Origin: the human T2T-CHM13v2.0 reference genome, Homo sapiens | Length of the DNA stretch: 64,000 bases | NCBI RefSeq assembly: GCF_009914755.1 | Contig: NC_060933.1 | Direction: 5' to 3' (one strand) | The notes under the pieces: model-generated | The model's database searches: none | Seen by the model: the letters and a program-made list of their open reading frames with translations, nothing else | What the model was told of the DNA's origin: nothing | Made by a program: the position numbers and the translations under genes | Shown: positions 13,319 to 28,300 of the stretch, one piece after another | Layout: the number at the start of each line of letters is the position of its first letter | Position numbering within the stretch: the first letter of the stretch is position 1

Positions 13319-16300
13319 AACTACCCGAATGGAATGGAATGTAATGGAGTGTAAGGGAATTGAATAGAATCAATCCGAATGTAATGGAATGGAATGGAAC
13401 GGAATGGAATGGAATGGAATGGAATGCAATGGAATGGAATGCAATGGAATGGAATCAACCCGAGTGCAATCGAATGGAATCGAATGGAATGGAATGCAAT
13501 GGAATGGATTCAACTTGAATGGAATGGAAAGAATGGAATCAACACGAGTGGAAGGGCATGGATTGGAATGCAATGGAATGGAATCAACCCGAGTACAGGG
13601 GAATGGAATGGAATGGAATGCAATAGAATGGAATCATCCGTAATGGAATGGAAAGGAACGGAATGGAATGGAATGGAATGGAATGGAATGGAATGGAATC
13701 AACACGATTGCAATCGAATGGAATGGAATGGAATTAACCCGAATAGAATGGAATGGAATGGAATGGAACGGAACGGAATGGAATGGAATGGAATGGAATG
13801 GAATGGAATGGAATGGAACGGAACGGAACGGAATGGAATGGAATGGAATGGAATGGAATGGAATCAACGCGAGTGCAGGGGAATGGAATGGAATGCAATG
13901 CAATGGAATGGAATCTTCCGGAATGGAATGGAATGGAATGCAATGGAATGGAATTAACCCGAATAGAATGGAATGGAATGGAATGGAACGGAATGGAACG
14001 GAACGGAATGGAATGGAATGGAATGGAATGGAATGGAATGGAATGGTATGGAAAGGAATGGAATGGTACGGAATAGAATGGAATGGAACGAATTGTAATG
14101 GAATGGAATTGAATGGAATGGAATGGAATGGAATGGAATCAACGCGAGTGCAGGGGAATGTAATGGAACGGAATGCAATGGAATGGAATCATCCGGAATG
14201 GAATGGAATGGAATGGAATGGAATGGAATCAACCCGAGTGCAATGGAATGGAGTGGAATGGAATGGAATGGAATGGAACAACCCGAATGGAATGGAATGT
14301 AATGGAGAGTAAGGGAGTTGAATAGAATCAATCCGAATGTAATGGAATGGAATGCAACGGAATGGAATGGAACGGAATGCAATGGAATGGAATGGAATGG
14401 AATGCAAAGGAATGGAATCAACCCGAGTGGAATGGCATGGAATGGAATGCAATGGATTGGAATGGAATGGAATCAACTCGAGTGGAAAGGAATGGAATGG
14501 AATGGAAAGGAATGGAATGAAGTCAACTCGAGTGGAATGGAATGGAATGGAAAGGATTGGAATGGATTGCAATGGAATGAAGTGGAATGGAATGGAATGG
14601 AATCAATCATTCCGAGTGGAATGGAAGGGAATGTAATGCAATGGAAAGAAGGGAATGGAATCAACCCGAGTGGAATGCAAGGCAATGGAATGGAATGGAA
14701 AGGAATGGAATGGAATCAACTCGATTGCAATGGAATGGAATGGAATGGAATGGAATGGAATGGAATTAACCAGAATAGAATGGAATGGAATGGAATGGAA
14801 CGGAATGGAATGGAATGGAAGGGAATGGAATCAACACGAGTGCAGGGGAATGGAATGGAATGGAATGCAATGGAATGGAATCATCCGTAATGGAATGGAG
14901 AGGAATGGAATGGAATGGAATGGAATAGAATGGAATGGAATGGAATCAACTCGATTGCAGTCGAAAGGAATGGAATGGAATTAACCCGAATAGAATGGAA
15001 TGGAATGGAATGGAACGGAACGGAACGGAACGGAACGGAACGGAATGGAATGGAATGGAATGGAATGGAATGGAGCGGAAAGGAATGGAATGGAATGGAA
15101 TGGAATGGAATGGAATGGAATGGAATAGAATCAACGCGAGTGCAGGGGAATGGAATGGAATGGAATGCAATGGAATGGAATCTTCCGGAATGGAATGGAA
15201 TGGAATGGAATGGAACGGAAAAGAATGGAATGGAATGGAATGGAATGGAATGGAATGGAATGCAATGGAATGGAATCTTCCGGAATGGAATGGAATGGAA
15301 TGGAATGGAATGGAATGGAATGGAATCAACCCGAGTGCAATGGAATGGAGTGGAATGGAATGGAATGGAATGGAACAACCCGAATGGAATGTAATGGAGA
15401 GTAAGGGAGTTGAATAGAGTCAATCCGAATGTAACGGAAAGGAAAGGAACGGAATGGAATTGAATGGAATGGAATGGAATGCAATGGAATGGAATCAACC
15501 CGAGTGCAATGGAATGGAGAGGAATGGAATGGAATGGAATGGAAACTACCCGAATGGAATGGAATGTAATGGAGTGTAAGGGAATTGAATAGAATCAATC
15601 CGAATGTAATGGAATGGAATGGAACGGAATGGAATGGAATGGAATGGAATGCAATGGAATGGAATGCAATGGAATGGAATCAACCCGAGTGCAATCGAAT
15701 GGAATCGAATGGAATGGAATGCAATGGAATGGATTCAACTTGAATGGAATGGAAAGAATGGAATCAACACGAGTGGAAGGGCATGGATTGGAATGCAATG
15801 GAATGGAATCAACCCGAGTACAGGGGAATGGAATGGAATGGAATGCAATAGAATGGAATCATCCGTAATGGAATGGAAAGGAATGGAATGGAATGGAATG
15901 GAATGGAATGGAATGGAATGGAATGGAATCAACACGATTGCAATCGAATGGAATGGAATGGAATTAACCCGAATAGAATGGAATGGAATGGAATGGAACG
16001 GAATGGAACGGAACGGAATGGAATGGAATGGAATGGAATGGAATGGAATGGTATGGTATGGAAAGGAATGGAATGGTACGGAATAGAATGGAATGGAACG
16101 AATTGTAATGGAATGGAATTGAATGGAATGGAATGGAATGGAATGGAATCAACGCGAGTGCAGGGGAATGTAATGGAACGGAATGCAATGGAATGGAATC
16201 ATCCGGAATGGAATGGAATGGAATGGAATGGAATGGAATCAACCCGAGTGCAATGGAATGGAGTGGAATGGAATGGAATGGAATGGAACAACCCGAATGG

Positions 16301-19300
16301 AATGGAATGTAATGGAGAGTAAGGGAGTTGAATAGAATCAATCCGAATGTAATGGAATGGAACGCAACGGAATGGAATGGAATGGAACGGAACGGAATGG
16401 AATGGAATGGAATGGAATGGAATGGAATGGAATGGAATCAACGCGAGTGCAGGGGAATGGCATGGAATGGAATACAATGGAATGGAATCTTCCGGAATGG
16501 AATGGAATGGAATGGAATGGAATGGAATGAAATGCAATGGATTCAACACGATTGCAATGGAATGGAATAGAATGGAATGGAATGGAATGGAATGGGATTA
16601 ACCCGAATAGAATGGAATGGAATGGAATGGAATGGAACGGAATGCAACGGAATGGAATGGAATGGAATGGAATGGAATGGAATGGAATGGTATGGAATGG
16701 AATGGAATGGTACGGAATAGAATGGAATGGAACGAATTGTAATGGAATGGAATTGAATGGAATGGAATGGAATCAACGCGAGTGCAGGGGAATGTAATGG
16801 AATGGAATTGAATGGAATGGAATGGAATGGAATGGAATCAACGCGAGTGCAGGGGAATGTAATGGAACGGAATGCAATGGAATGGAATCATCCGGAATGG
16901 AATGGAATGGAATGGAATGGAATGGAATCAACCCGAATGCAATGGAATGGAGTGGAATGGAATGGAATGGAATGGAACAACCCGAATGGAATGGAATGTA
17001 ATGGAGAGTAAGGGAGTTGAATAGAATCAATCCGAATGTAATGGAATGCAATGCAACGGAATGGAATGGAATGGAATGGTATGGAATGGAATGGAATGGA
17101 ATGGTATGCAAAGGAATGGAATCAACCCGAGTGGAATGGCATGGAATGGAATGCAATGGATTGGAATGGAATGGAATCAACTCGAGTGGAAAGGAATGGA
17201 ATGGAATGGAAAGGAAAGGAATGAAGTCAACTCGAGTGGAATGGAATGGAATGGAATGGATTGGAATGGATTGCAATGGAATGAAATGGAATGGAATGGA
17301 ATGGAATCAATCATGGAAGGGAATGTAATGGAGTGGAAAGAAGGGAATGGAATCAACCCGAGTGGAATGCAAGGCAATGGAATGGAATGGAAAGGAATGG
17401 AATGGAATCAGCTCGATTGCAATGGAATGGAATGGAATGGAATGGAATGGAATGGAATGGAATTAACCGGAATAGAATGGAATGGAATGGAATGGAACGG
17501 AATGGAATGGAATGGAAGGGAATGGAATCAACACGAGTGCAGGGAAATGGAATGGAATGGAATGCAATGGAATGGAATCATCCGGAATGGAATGGAATGG
17601 AATGGAATCAACTCCATTGCAATGGAATGGAATGGAATGGAATGGAATAAAATGGAATGGAATTAACCCGAATAGAATGGAATGCAATAGAATGGAATGC
17701 AACGGAACCGAATGGAGTGGAATGGAATGGAATGGAATCAACCCGAGTACAGGGGAATGGAATGGAATGGAATGCAATGGAATGGAGTCATCCGTAGTGG
17801 AATGGAATGGAATGAAAGGCAATGGATTCAACTCGATTGCAATGGAATGGAATAGAATGGAATGGAATGGAATGGAATTTAATGGAATGGAATGCCTTCA
17901 AACCAAATGGAATGGAAAGAATGGAATCAACACTAGTGGAAACGAATGGAATGGAAAGGAATGGAATGGAATGGAATGGTACGGAATAGAACGGAATGGA
18001 ACGAACTGGAATGGAATGGAATGGAATGGAATGGAATGGAATGGAATCGTTCCGAGTGGAATAGGAGGGAATGTATTCGAGTGGAATGGAAAGGAATGGA
18101 ATCAACTAGAGTGGAATGGAAGGGAATGGAATGGAATGGAAACTAATAGAATGGAATCAACCCGAGTGGAATGGAATGGAAAGGACTGGAATGGAATGGA
18201 ATGGAATGGAATGGCATGGAATCAACTCGATTGTAATGGAATGGAATGGAATGGAATGGAATTAACCCGAATACAATGGAATGGAATGGAATGGAACGGA
18301 ATGGAGTGGAATGGAATGGAATCAACCCGAGTGCACGGGAATGGAATGGAAAGGAATGCAATGGAATGGAATCATCCGGAATGGAATGGAATGGAATGGA
18401 ATGCAAAGCAATGGAATCAACTCGATTGCAATGGAATGGAATGGAATGGAAAGGAATAGAATGGAATCAACCCGAGTGTAATGGAATGGAAAGGACTGGA
18501 ATGGAGTGGAATGGAATGGAATGGAATGGAATGGAATGGAATCAACTCGATTGGAATGGAATGGAATGGAATGGAATGGAATGGAATTAACCCGAATAGA
18601 ATGGAATGGAATGGAATGGAACGGAATGGAATGGAATGGAATGGAATGGAATCAACCCGACTGCAGTGGAATGGAATGAAATGGAATGGAATGGAATGGA
18701 ATCATCCGGAACGGAATGGAATGGAATGGAATGGAATCAACTCGATTGCAATGGAATGGAATGGAATGGAATGGAATAAAATGGAATGGAATGGAATTAA
18801 CCGGAATAGAATGGAATGGAATGGAATGGAACGGAACGGAATGGAATGGAATGGAATGGAATGGAATGGAATGGAATGGAATGGAATCAACCCGAGTGCA
18901 GGGGAATGGAATGGAATGGAATGCAATGGAATGGAATCATCCGGAATGGAATGGAATGGAATGGAATGCAATCAACCTGATGCAATGGAATTGAGTGGAA
19001 TGGAATGGAATGGAATGGAAACATCCCAAATGTAATGGAATGTAATGGAGTGTAAGGGAATTGAATAGAATCAATCCGAATGTAATGGAATGGAATGGAA
19101 TGAAATGGAAAGGAATGGAATGGAATGGAATGGAATCAACCCGAGTGCAATGGAATGGATTCGAATGGAATGGAATGGAATGGAATGGATTCAACAAGAG
19201 TGGAATGGAAGGGAATGGAATCAACCCGAGTGTAATGGCATGGAATGGAACGGAATGGAATGGAATGGAATGGAATGGTACGGAATAGAATGGAATGGAA

Positions 19301-21380
19301 TGATATGGAATGGAATGGAATGGAATGGAATGGAATGGAATGGAATGAACCCGTGTGCAATGGAATGGAATGGAATGGAATGGAATGGATTCAACTCGAA
19401 TGGAATCAACTCGATTGCAATGGAATGGAATGGAATTGAAAGGAATAGAATGGAATCAACCCGAGTGGAATGGAATGGAAAGGACTGGAATGGAGTGGAA
19501 TGGAATGGAATGGAATTAACCCGAATAGAATGAAATGGAGCGGAATGGAATGGAATGGAATGGAATGGAATGGAATCAACCCGAGTGCAGGGGAATGGAA
19601 TGGAATGGAATGCAATGGAATGAAATTATCCGGAATGGAATGGAATGGAATGGAATGGAATGGAATGGAATCAACTCGATTTCAATGGAATGGAATGGAA
19701 TAGAATGGAATGGAATTAACACGAAAGAATGGAATGGAATGGAATGGAATGGAATGGAAAAGAAAGGAATGGAATGGAATGGAATGGAATCAACCCAAGT
19801 GCAGGGGAATGGAATGCAATGGAATTCAATGGAATGGAATCATCCGGAATGGAATGGTATGGAATGGAATGGAATGGAATTGAATGGAATCAACCCGAGT
19901 GCAATGGAATGGAGAGGAATGGAATGGAATGGAATGGAAACTACACGAATGGAATGGAATGTAATGGAGTGTAAGGGAATTGAATAGAATGAATCCGAAT
20001 GGAATGGAATGGAATGGAATGGAATGGAATGGAAAGGAATGGAATGTAATGGAATGGAATGGAATGCAATGCCATGGAATCAACCCAAGTGCAATCGAAT
20101 GGAATCGAATGGAATGGAATGCAATGGAATGGATTGAACTTGAATGGAATGGAAAGAATGGAATCATAACGAGTGGAATGGCATGGTTTGGAATGGAATG
20201 GAATGGAATCAACTCGATTGCAATCGAATGGAATGGAATGGAATTAACCCGAATAGAATGGAATGGAATGGAATGGAATGGAACGGAACGGAATGGAATG
20301 GAATGGAATGGAATGGAACGGATCGGAATGGAATGGAATGGAATGGAATGGAATGGAATGGAATGCAATGGAATGGAATCTTCCGGAATGGAATGGAATG
20401 GAATGGAATAGAATGGAATGGAATGGAATGGAATGGAATGGAATCAACCCGAGTACAGGGGAATGGAATGGAATGTAATGCAGTGGAATGGAATCATCCG
20501 TAATGGAATGGAAAGGAATGGAATGGAATGGAATGGAATGGAATGCAATGGAATGGAATCTTCCGGAATGGAATAGAATGGAATGCAATGGATTCAACTC
20601 GATTGCAATGGAATGGAATGGAATGGAATTGAATGCAATGGATTCATCTCTATTGCAATGGAATGGAATAGAATGGAATGGAATGGAATGGAATGGAATT
20701 AACCCGAATAAAATGGAATGGAATAGAATGGAACGGAACGGAACAGAACGGAATGGAATGGAATGGAATGGAATGGAATGGAATGGCATGGAATGGAATG
20801 GAATGTACGGAATAGAATGGAATGGAAACAATTGGAATGGAATGGAATCGAATGGAATGGAATGGAATGGAATGGAATCAACCCGAGTGCAGGGGAATGT
20901 AATGGAACGGAATGTAATGGAATGGAATCATCCGGAATGGAATGGAATGGAATGGAATGGAATGGAATGGAACCAACTCGATTGTGATGGAATGGAATGG
21001 AATGGAATGGAATGGAATGGAATTAACCCGAATACAATGGAATGGAATGGAATGGAACGGAATGGAGTGGAATGGAATGGAATCATCCCGAGTGCAGGGG
21101 AATGGAATGGAATGGAATGCATTGGAATGGAATCATCCGGAATAGAATGCAAAGCAAAGGAATCAACTCGATTGCAATGGAATGGAATGGAATGGAAAGG
21201 AATACATTGGAATCAACCCGAGTGGAATGGAATGGAAAGGACTGGAATGGAGTGGAATGGAATGGAATGGAATGGAATGGAATCAACTCGATTGGAATGG
21301 AATGGAATGGAATGGAATGGAATGGAATGGAATTAACCCGAATAGAATGGAATGGAATGGAATGGAATGGAATGGAATGG
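13319..21380 (+). repeat. ~8.0-kb higher-order repeat, copy 2 (tandem, near-identical to copy 1)
   Basis: Same marker order as copy 1. Differences are mostly 5-bp-multiple length changes plus about ten substitutions seen by eye. Confidence 0.93.
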
Positions 21381-22399
21381 AATTAACCCGAAAACAATGG
21401 AATGGAATGGAATGGAATGGAACGGAACGGAACGGAACGGAATGGAATGGAATGGAATGGAATGGAATGGAATGGAATGGAATCAACCCGACTGCAGGGG
21501 AATGGAATGGAATGGAATGCAATGGAATGGATTTAACTTCAATGGAATGGAAAGAGTGGAATCAACACGAGTGGAATGGCATGGATTGGAATGGAATGGA
21601 ATGGAATCAACCCGAGTACAGGGGAATGGAATGGAATGGAATGCAATGGAATGGAATCATCCGTACTGGAATGGAAAGCAATGGAATGGAATGGAATGGA
21701 ATGGAATGGAATGGAATCAACTCGATTGCAGTCGAATGGAATGGAATGGAATTAACCTGAATAGAATTGAATGGAATGGAATGGAACGGAATGGAACGGA
21801 ATGGAATGGAATGGAATGGAATGGAACGGAACGGAATGGAATGGAATGGAATGGAATGGAATGGAATGGAATGGAATGGAATGGAATGGAATGGAATCAA
21901 CGCGAGTGCAGGGGAATGGAATGGAATTGAATGCAATGGAATGGAATCTTCCGGAATGGAATTCAATGGAATGGAATGGAATGGAATGAAATGCAATGGA
22001 TTCAACTCGATTGCAATGGAATGGAATAGAACGGAATGGAATGGAATGGAATAGAATGAACCCGAATAGAATGGAATGGAATGCAATGGAACGGAATGGA
22101 ACGGAATGGAATGGAATGGAATGGAATGGAATGGAATGGTATGGAATGGAATGGAATGGTACGGAATATAATGGAATGTAACTAATTGTAATTTAATGGA
22201 ATTGAATGGAATGGAATGGAATCAACGCGAGTGCAGGGGAATGTAATGGAACGGAATGCAATGGAATGGAATCATCCGGAATGGAATGGAATGGAATGGA
22301 ATGGAAGGGAATGGAATCAACCCGAGTGCAATGGAATGGAGTGGAATGTTATGGAATGGAATGGAACAACCCGAATGGAATGGAATGTAATGGAATGTA

Positions 22400-25300
22400 A
22401 TTGAGTTGAATAGAATCAATCCGAATGTAATGGAATGGAATGCAACGGAATGGAATGGAATGGAATGCAATGGAATGCAATCAACCAGAGTACAATGGAA
22501 TGGAATGGAATGGAATGGAATGGAATGGAATGCCTTCAAACCGAATGGAATGGAAAGGAATGGAATCAACACGAGTGGAATGGAATGGAATGGAATTGAA
22601 TGGAAGGGAATGATACGGAATAGAATGGAATGGAACGAAATGGAATGGAATGAAATGGAATGGAATGGAATGGAATGGAATGGAATGGAATGGTTCCGAG
22701 TGGAATATGAGGGAATGTATTCGAGTGGAATGGAAAGGAATGGAATCAACCAGAGTGGAATGGAAGGGAATGGAATGGAATGGAAACTAATAGAATGGAA
22801 TCAACCCGAGTGGAATGGAATGGAAAGGACTGGAATGGAATGGAACGGAATGGAATCAACTCGATTGTAATGGAATGGAATGGAATGTAATGGAATGGAA
22901 TGGAATTAACCCGAATACAATGGAATGGAATGGAATGGAACGGAATGGAGTGGAATGGAATGGAATCAACCCGAGTGCAGGGGAATGGAATGGAATGGAA
23001 TGCAATGGAATGGAATCATCCGGAATGGAATAGAATGGAATGGAATGCAAAGCAATGGAATCAACTCGATTGCAATGGAATGGAATGGAATGGAAAGGAA
23101 TACATTGGAATCAACCCGAGTGGAATGGAATGGAAAGGACTGGAATGGAGTGGAATGGAATGGAATGGAATGGAATGGAATCAACTCGATTGGAATGGAA
23201 TGGAATGGAATGGAATGGAATGGAATTAACCCGAATAGAAAGGAATGGAATGGAATGGAACGGAACGGAACGGAACGGAATGGAATGGAATGGAATGGAA
23301 TTGAATGGAATGGAATGGAATCAACCCGACTGCAGGGGAATGGAATGGAATGGAATGCAATGGAATGGATTCAACTTGAATGGAATGGAAAGAATGGAAT
23401 CAACACGAGTGGAATGGCATGGATTGGAATGGAATGGAATGGAATGAACCCGAGTACAGGGGAATGGAATGGAATGGAATGCAATGGAATGGAATCATCC
23501 GGAATGGAATGCAATGGAATGGAATGGAATGGAATGGAATGGAATGGAATGGAATCAACTCGATTGCAATCGAATGGAATGGAATGGAATTAACCCGAAT
23601 AGAATGGAATGGAATGGAATGGAACGGAAGGGAACAGAATGGAATGGAATGGAATGGAATGGAATGGAATGGAATGGAACGGAAATGAATGGAATGGAAT
23701 GGAATGGAATGTAATGGAATGGAATGGAATCAACGCGAGTGCAGGGGAATGGAATGGAATGGAATGCAATGGAATGGAATCTTCCGGAATGGAATGGAAT
23801 GGAATGGAATGGAATGGAATGGAATAAACCCGAGTGCAATGGAATGGAGTGGAATGGAATGGAATGGAATGGAACAGCCCGAATGGAATGGAATGTAATG
23901 GAGAGTAAGGGAGTTGAATAGAATCAATCCGAATGTAATGGAATGGAATGGAACGGAATGGAATTGAATGGAATGGAATGGAATGCAATGGAATGGAATC
24001 AACCCGACTGCAATGGAATGGAGAGGAATGGAATGGAATGGAATGGAAACTACCCGAATGGAATGGAATGTAATGGAGTGTAAGGGAATTGAATAGAATC
24101 AATCCGAATGTAATGGAATGGAATGGAATGGAATGGAATGCAATGGAATGGAATCAACCCGAGTGCAATTGAATGGAATCGAATGGAATGGAATGCAATG
24201 GAATGGATTCAACTTGAATGGAATGGAAAGAATGGAATCAACAGGTGTGGAAGGGCATGGATTAGAATGCAATGGAATGGAATCAACCCGAGTACAGGGG
24301 AATGGAATGGAATGGAATGCAATGGAATGGAATCAACACGATTGCAATCGAATGGAATGGAATGGAATTAACCCGAATAGAATGGAATGGAATGGAATGG
24401 AACGGAACGGAATGGAATGGAATGGAATCAACCCGAGTGCAGGGGAATGGAATGGAATGGAATGCAATGGAATGGAATCATCCGGAATGGAATGGAATGG
24501 AATGGAATGCAAAGCAATGGAATCAACTCGATTGCAATGGAATGGAATGGAATGGAAAGGAATACATTGGAATCAACCCGAGTGGAATGGAATGGAAAGG
24601 ACTGGAACGGAGTGGAATGTAATGGAATGGAATGGAATGGAATCAACTCGATTGGAATGGAATGGAATGGAATGGAATGGAATGGAATGGAATGGAATGG
24701 AAAGGAATTAACCCGAATAGAATGGAATGGAATGGAATGGAACGGAACGGAACGGAATGGAATGGAATGGAATGGAATGGAATGGAATGGAATGGAATCA
24801 ACCCGACTGCAGGGGAATGGAATGGAATGGAATGCAATGGAATGGATTCAACTTGAATGGAATGGAAAGAATGGAATCAACACGAGTGGAATGGCATGGA
24901 TTGGAATGGAATGGAATGGAATCAACCCGAGTACAGGGGAATGGAATGGAATGGAATGCAATGGAATGGAATCATCCGTAATGGAATGGAAAGGAATGGA
25001 ATGGAATGGAAAGGAATGGAATGGAATGGAATCAACTCGATTGCAATCGAATGGAATGGAATGGAATTAACCCGAATAGAATGGAATGGAATGGAATGGA
25101 ACGGAACGGAATGGAATGGAATGGAATGGAATGGAATGGAATGGAACGGAACGGAATGGAATGGAATGGAATGGAATGGAATGGAATCAACGCGAGTGCA
25201 GGGGAATGGAATGGAATGGAATGAAATGGAATGGAATCTTCCGGAATGGAATGGAATTGAATGGAATGGAATGGAATGGTATGGAATAAACCCGAGTGCA

Positions 25301-28300
25301 ATGGAATGGAGTGGAATGGAATGGAATGGAATGGAACAACCCGAATGGAATGGAATGTAATGGAGACTAAGGGAGTTGAATAGAATCAATCCAAATGTAA
25401 TGGAATGGAAAGGAACGGAATGGAATTGAATGGAATGGAATGGAATGCAATGGAATGCAATCAACCAGAGTACAATGGAATGGAATGGAATGGAATGGAA
25501 TGGAATGGAATGGAAAGGAATACATTGGAATCAACCCGAGTGGAATGGAATGGAAAGGACTGGAATGGAGTGGAATGGAATGGAATGGAATGGAATGGAA
25601 TCAACTCGATTGGAATGGAATGGAATGGAATGGAATGGAATGGAATTAACCCGAATAGAATGGAATGGAATGGAATGGAACGGAACGGAACGGAATGGAA
25701 TGGAATGGAAAGGAATGGAATGGAATGGAATGGAATCAACCCGACTGCAGGGGAATGGAATGGAATGGAATGCAATGGAATGGATTCAACTTGAATGGAA
25801 TGGAAAGAATGGAATCAACACGAGTGGAATGGCATGGATTGGAATGGAATGGAATGGAATGAACCCGAGTACAGGGGAATGGAATGGAATGGAATGCAAT
25901 GGAATGGAATCATCCGGAATGGAATGGAATGGAATGGAATGGAATGGAATGGAATGGAATCAACTCGATTGCAATCGAATGGAATGGAATGGAATTAACC
26001 CGAATAGAATGGAATGGAATGGAATGGAACGGAACGGAACAGAACGGAATGGAATGGAATGGAATGGAATGGAATGGAATGGAATGGAATGGAACGGAAA
26101 GGAATGGAATGGAATGGAATGGAATGGAAAGGAATGGAATGGAATCAACGTGAGTGCAGGGGAATGGAAAGGAATGGAATGCAATGGAATGGAATCTTCC
26201 GGAATGGAATGGAATGGAATGGAATGGAATGGAATGGAATAAACCCGAGTGCAATGGAATGGAGTGGAATGGAATGGAATGGAATGGAACAGCCCGAATG
26301 GAATGGAATGTAATGGAGAGTAAGGGAGTTGAATAGAATCAATCCGAATGTAATGGAATGGAATGGAACGGAATGGAATTGAATGGAATGGAATGGAATG
26401 CAATGGAATGGAATCAACCCGAGTGCAATGGAATGGAGAGGAATGGAATGGAATGGAATGGAAACTACCCGAATGGAATGGAATGTAATGGAGTGTAAGG
26501 GAATTGAATAGAATCAATCCGAATGTAATGGAATGGAATGGAATGGAATGGAATGCAATGGAATGGAATCAACCCGAGTGCAATCGAATGGAATCGAATG
26601 GAATGGAATGCAATGGAATGGATTCAACTTGAATGGAATGGAAAGAATGGAATCAACACGAGTGGAAGGGCATGGATTAGAATGCAATGGAATGGAATCA
26701 ACCCGAGTACAGGGGAATGGAATGGAATGGAATGCAATGGAATGGAATCATCCGTAATGGAATGGAAAGGAATGGAATGGAATGGAATGGAATGGAATGG
26801 AATGGAATGGAATGGAATCATCCCGAGTGCAGGGGAATGGAATGGAATGCAATGGAATGGAATGGAATGGAATGGAATGGAGTGGAATGGAATGGAATCA
26901 ACCCGAGTGCAGGGGAATGGAATGGAATGGAATGCAATGGAATGGAATCATCCGGAATGGAATGGAATGGAATGGAATGCAAAGCAATGGAATCAACTCG
27001 ATTGCAATGGAATGGAATGGAATGGAAAGGAATACATTGGAATCAACCCGAGTGGAATGGAATGGAAAGGACTGGAATGGAGTGGAATGGAATGGAATGC
27101 AATGGAATGGAATGGAATGGAGTCAAGTTGATTGGAATGGAATGGAATGGAATGGAATGGAATGGAATGGAATGGAATCAACCCGACTGCAGGGGAATGG
27201 AATGGAATGGAATGCAATGGAATGGATTCAACTTGAATGGAATGGAAAGAATGGAATCAACACGAGTGGAATGGCATGGATTGAAATGGAATGGAATGGA
27301 ATCAACCCGAGTACAGGGGAATGGAATGGAATGGAATGCAATGGAATGGAATCATCCGTAATGGAATGGAAAGGAATGGAATGGAATGGAATGGAATGGA
27401 ATGGAATGGAATGGAATCAACTCGATTGCAGTCGAATGGAATGGAATGGAATTAACCCGAATAGAATGGAATGGAATGGAATGGAACGGAACGGAATGGA
27501 ATGGAATGGAATGGAATGGAATGGAATGGAATGGAACGGAACGGAATGGAATGGAATGGAATGGAATGGAATGGAATGGAATCAACGCGAGTGCAGGGGA
27601 ATGGAATGGAATGGAATGAAATGGAATGGAATCTTCCGGAATGGAATGGAATTGAATGGAATGGAATGGAATGGTATGGAATAAACCCGAGTGCAATGGA
27701 ATGGAGTGGAATGGAATGGAATGGAATGGAACAACCCGAATGGAATGGAATGTAATGGAGACTAAGGGAGTTGAATAGAATCAATCTAAAGGTAATGGAA
27801 TGGAAAGGAACGGAATGGAATTGAATGGAATGGAATGGAATGCAATGGAATGCAATCAACCAGAGTACAATGGAATGGAATGGAATGGAATGGAATGGAA
27901 TGGAATGCCTTCAAACCGAATGGAATGGAAAGGAATGGAATCAACACGAGTGGAATGGAATGGAATGGAATGGAATGGAAGGGAATGATACGGAGTAGAA
28001 TGGAATGGAACGAAATGGAATGGAATGGAATGGAATGGAATGGAATGGAATCGTTCCGAGTGGAATAGGAGGGAATGTATTCGAGTGGAATGGAAAGGAA
28101 TGGAATCAACCAGAGTGGAATGGAAGGGAATGGAATGGAATGGAAACTAATAGAATGGAATCAACCCGAGTGGAATGGAATGGAAAGGACTGGAATGGAA
28201 TGGAATGGAATGGAATCAACTCGATTGTAATGGAATGGAATGGAATGGAATGGAATGGAATGGAATTAACCCGAATACAATGGAATGGAATGGAATGGAA

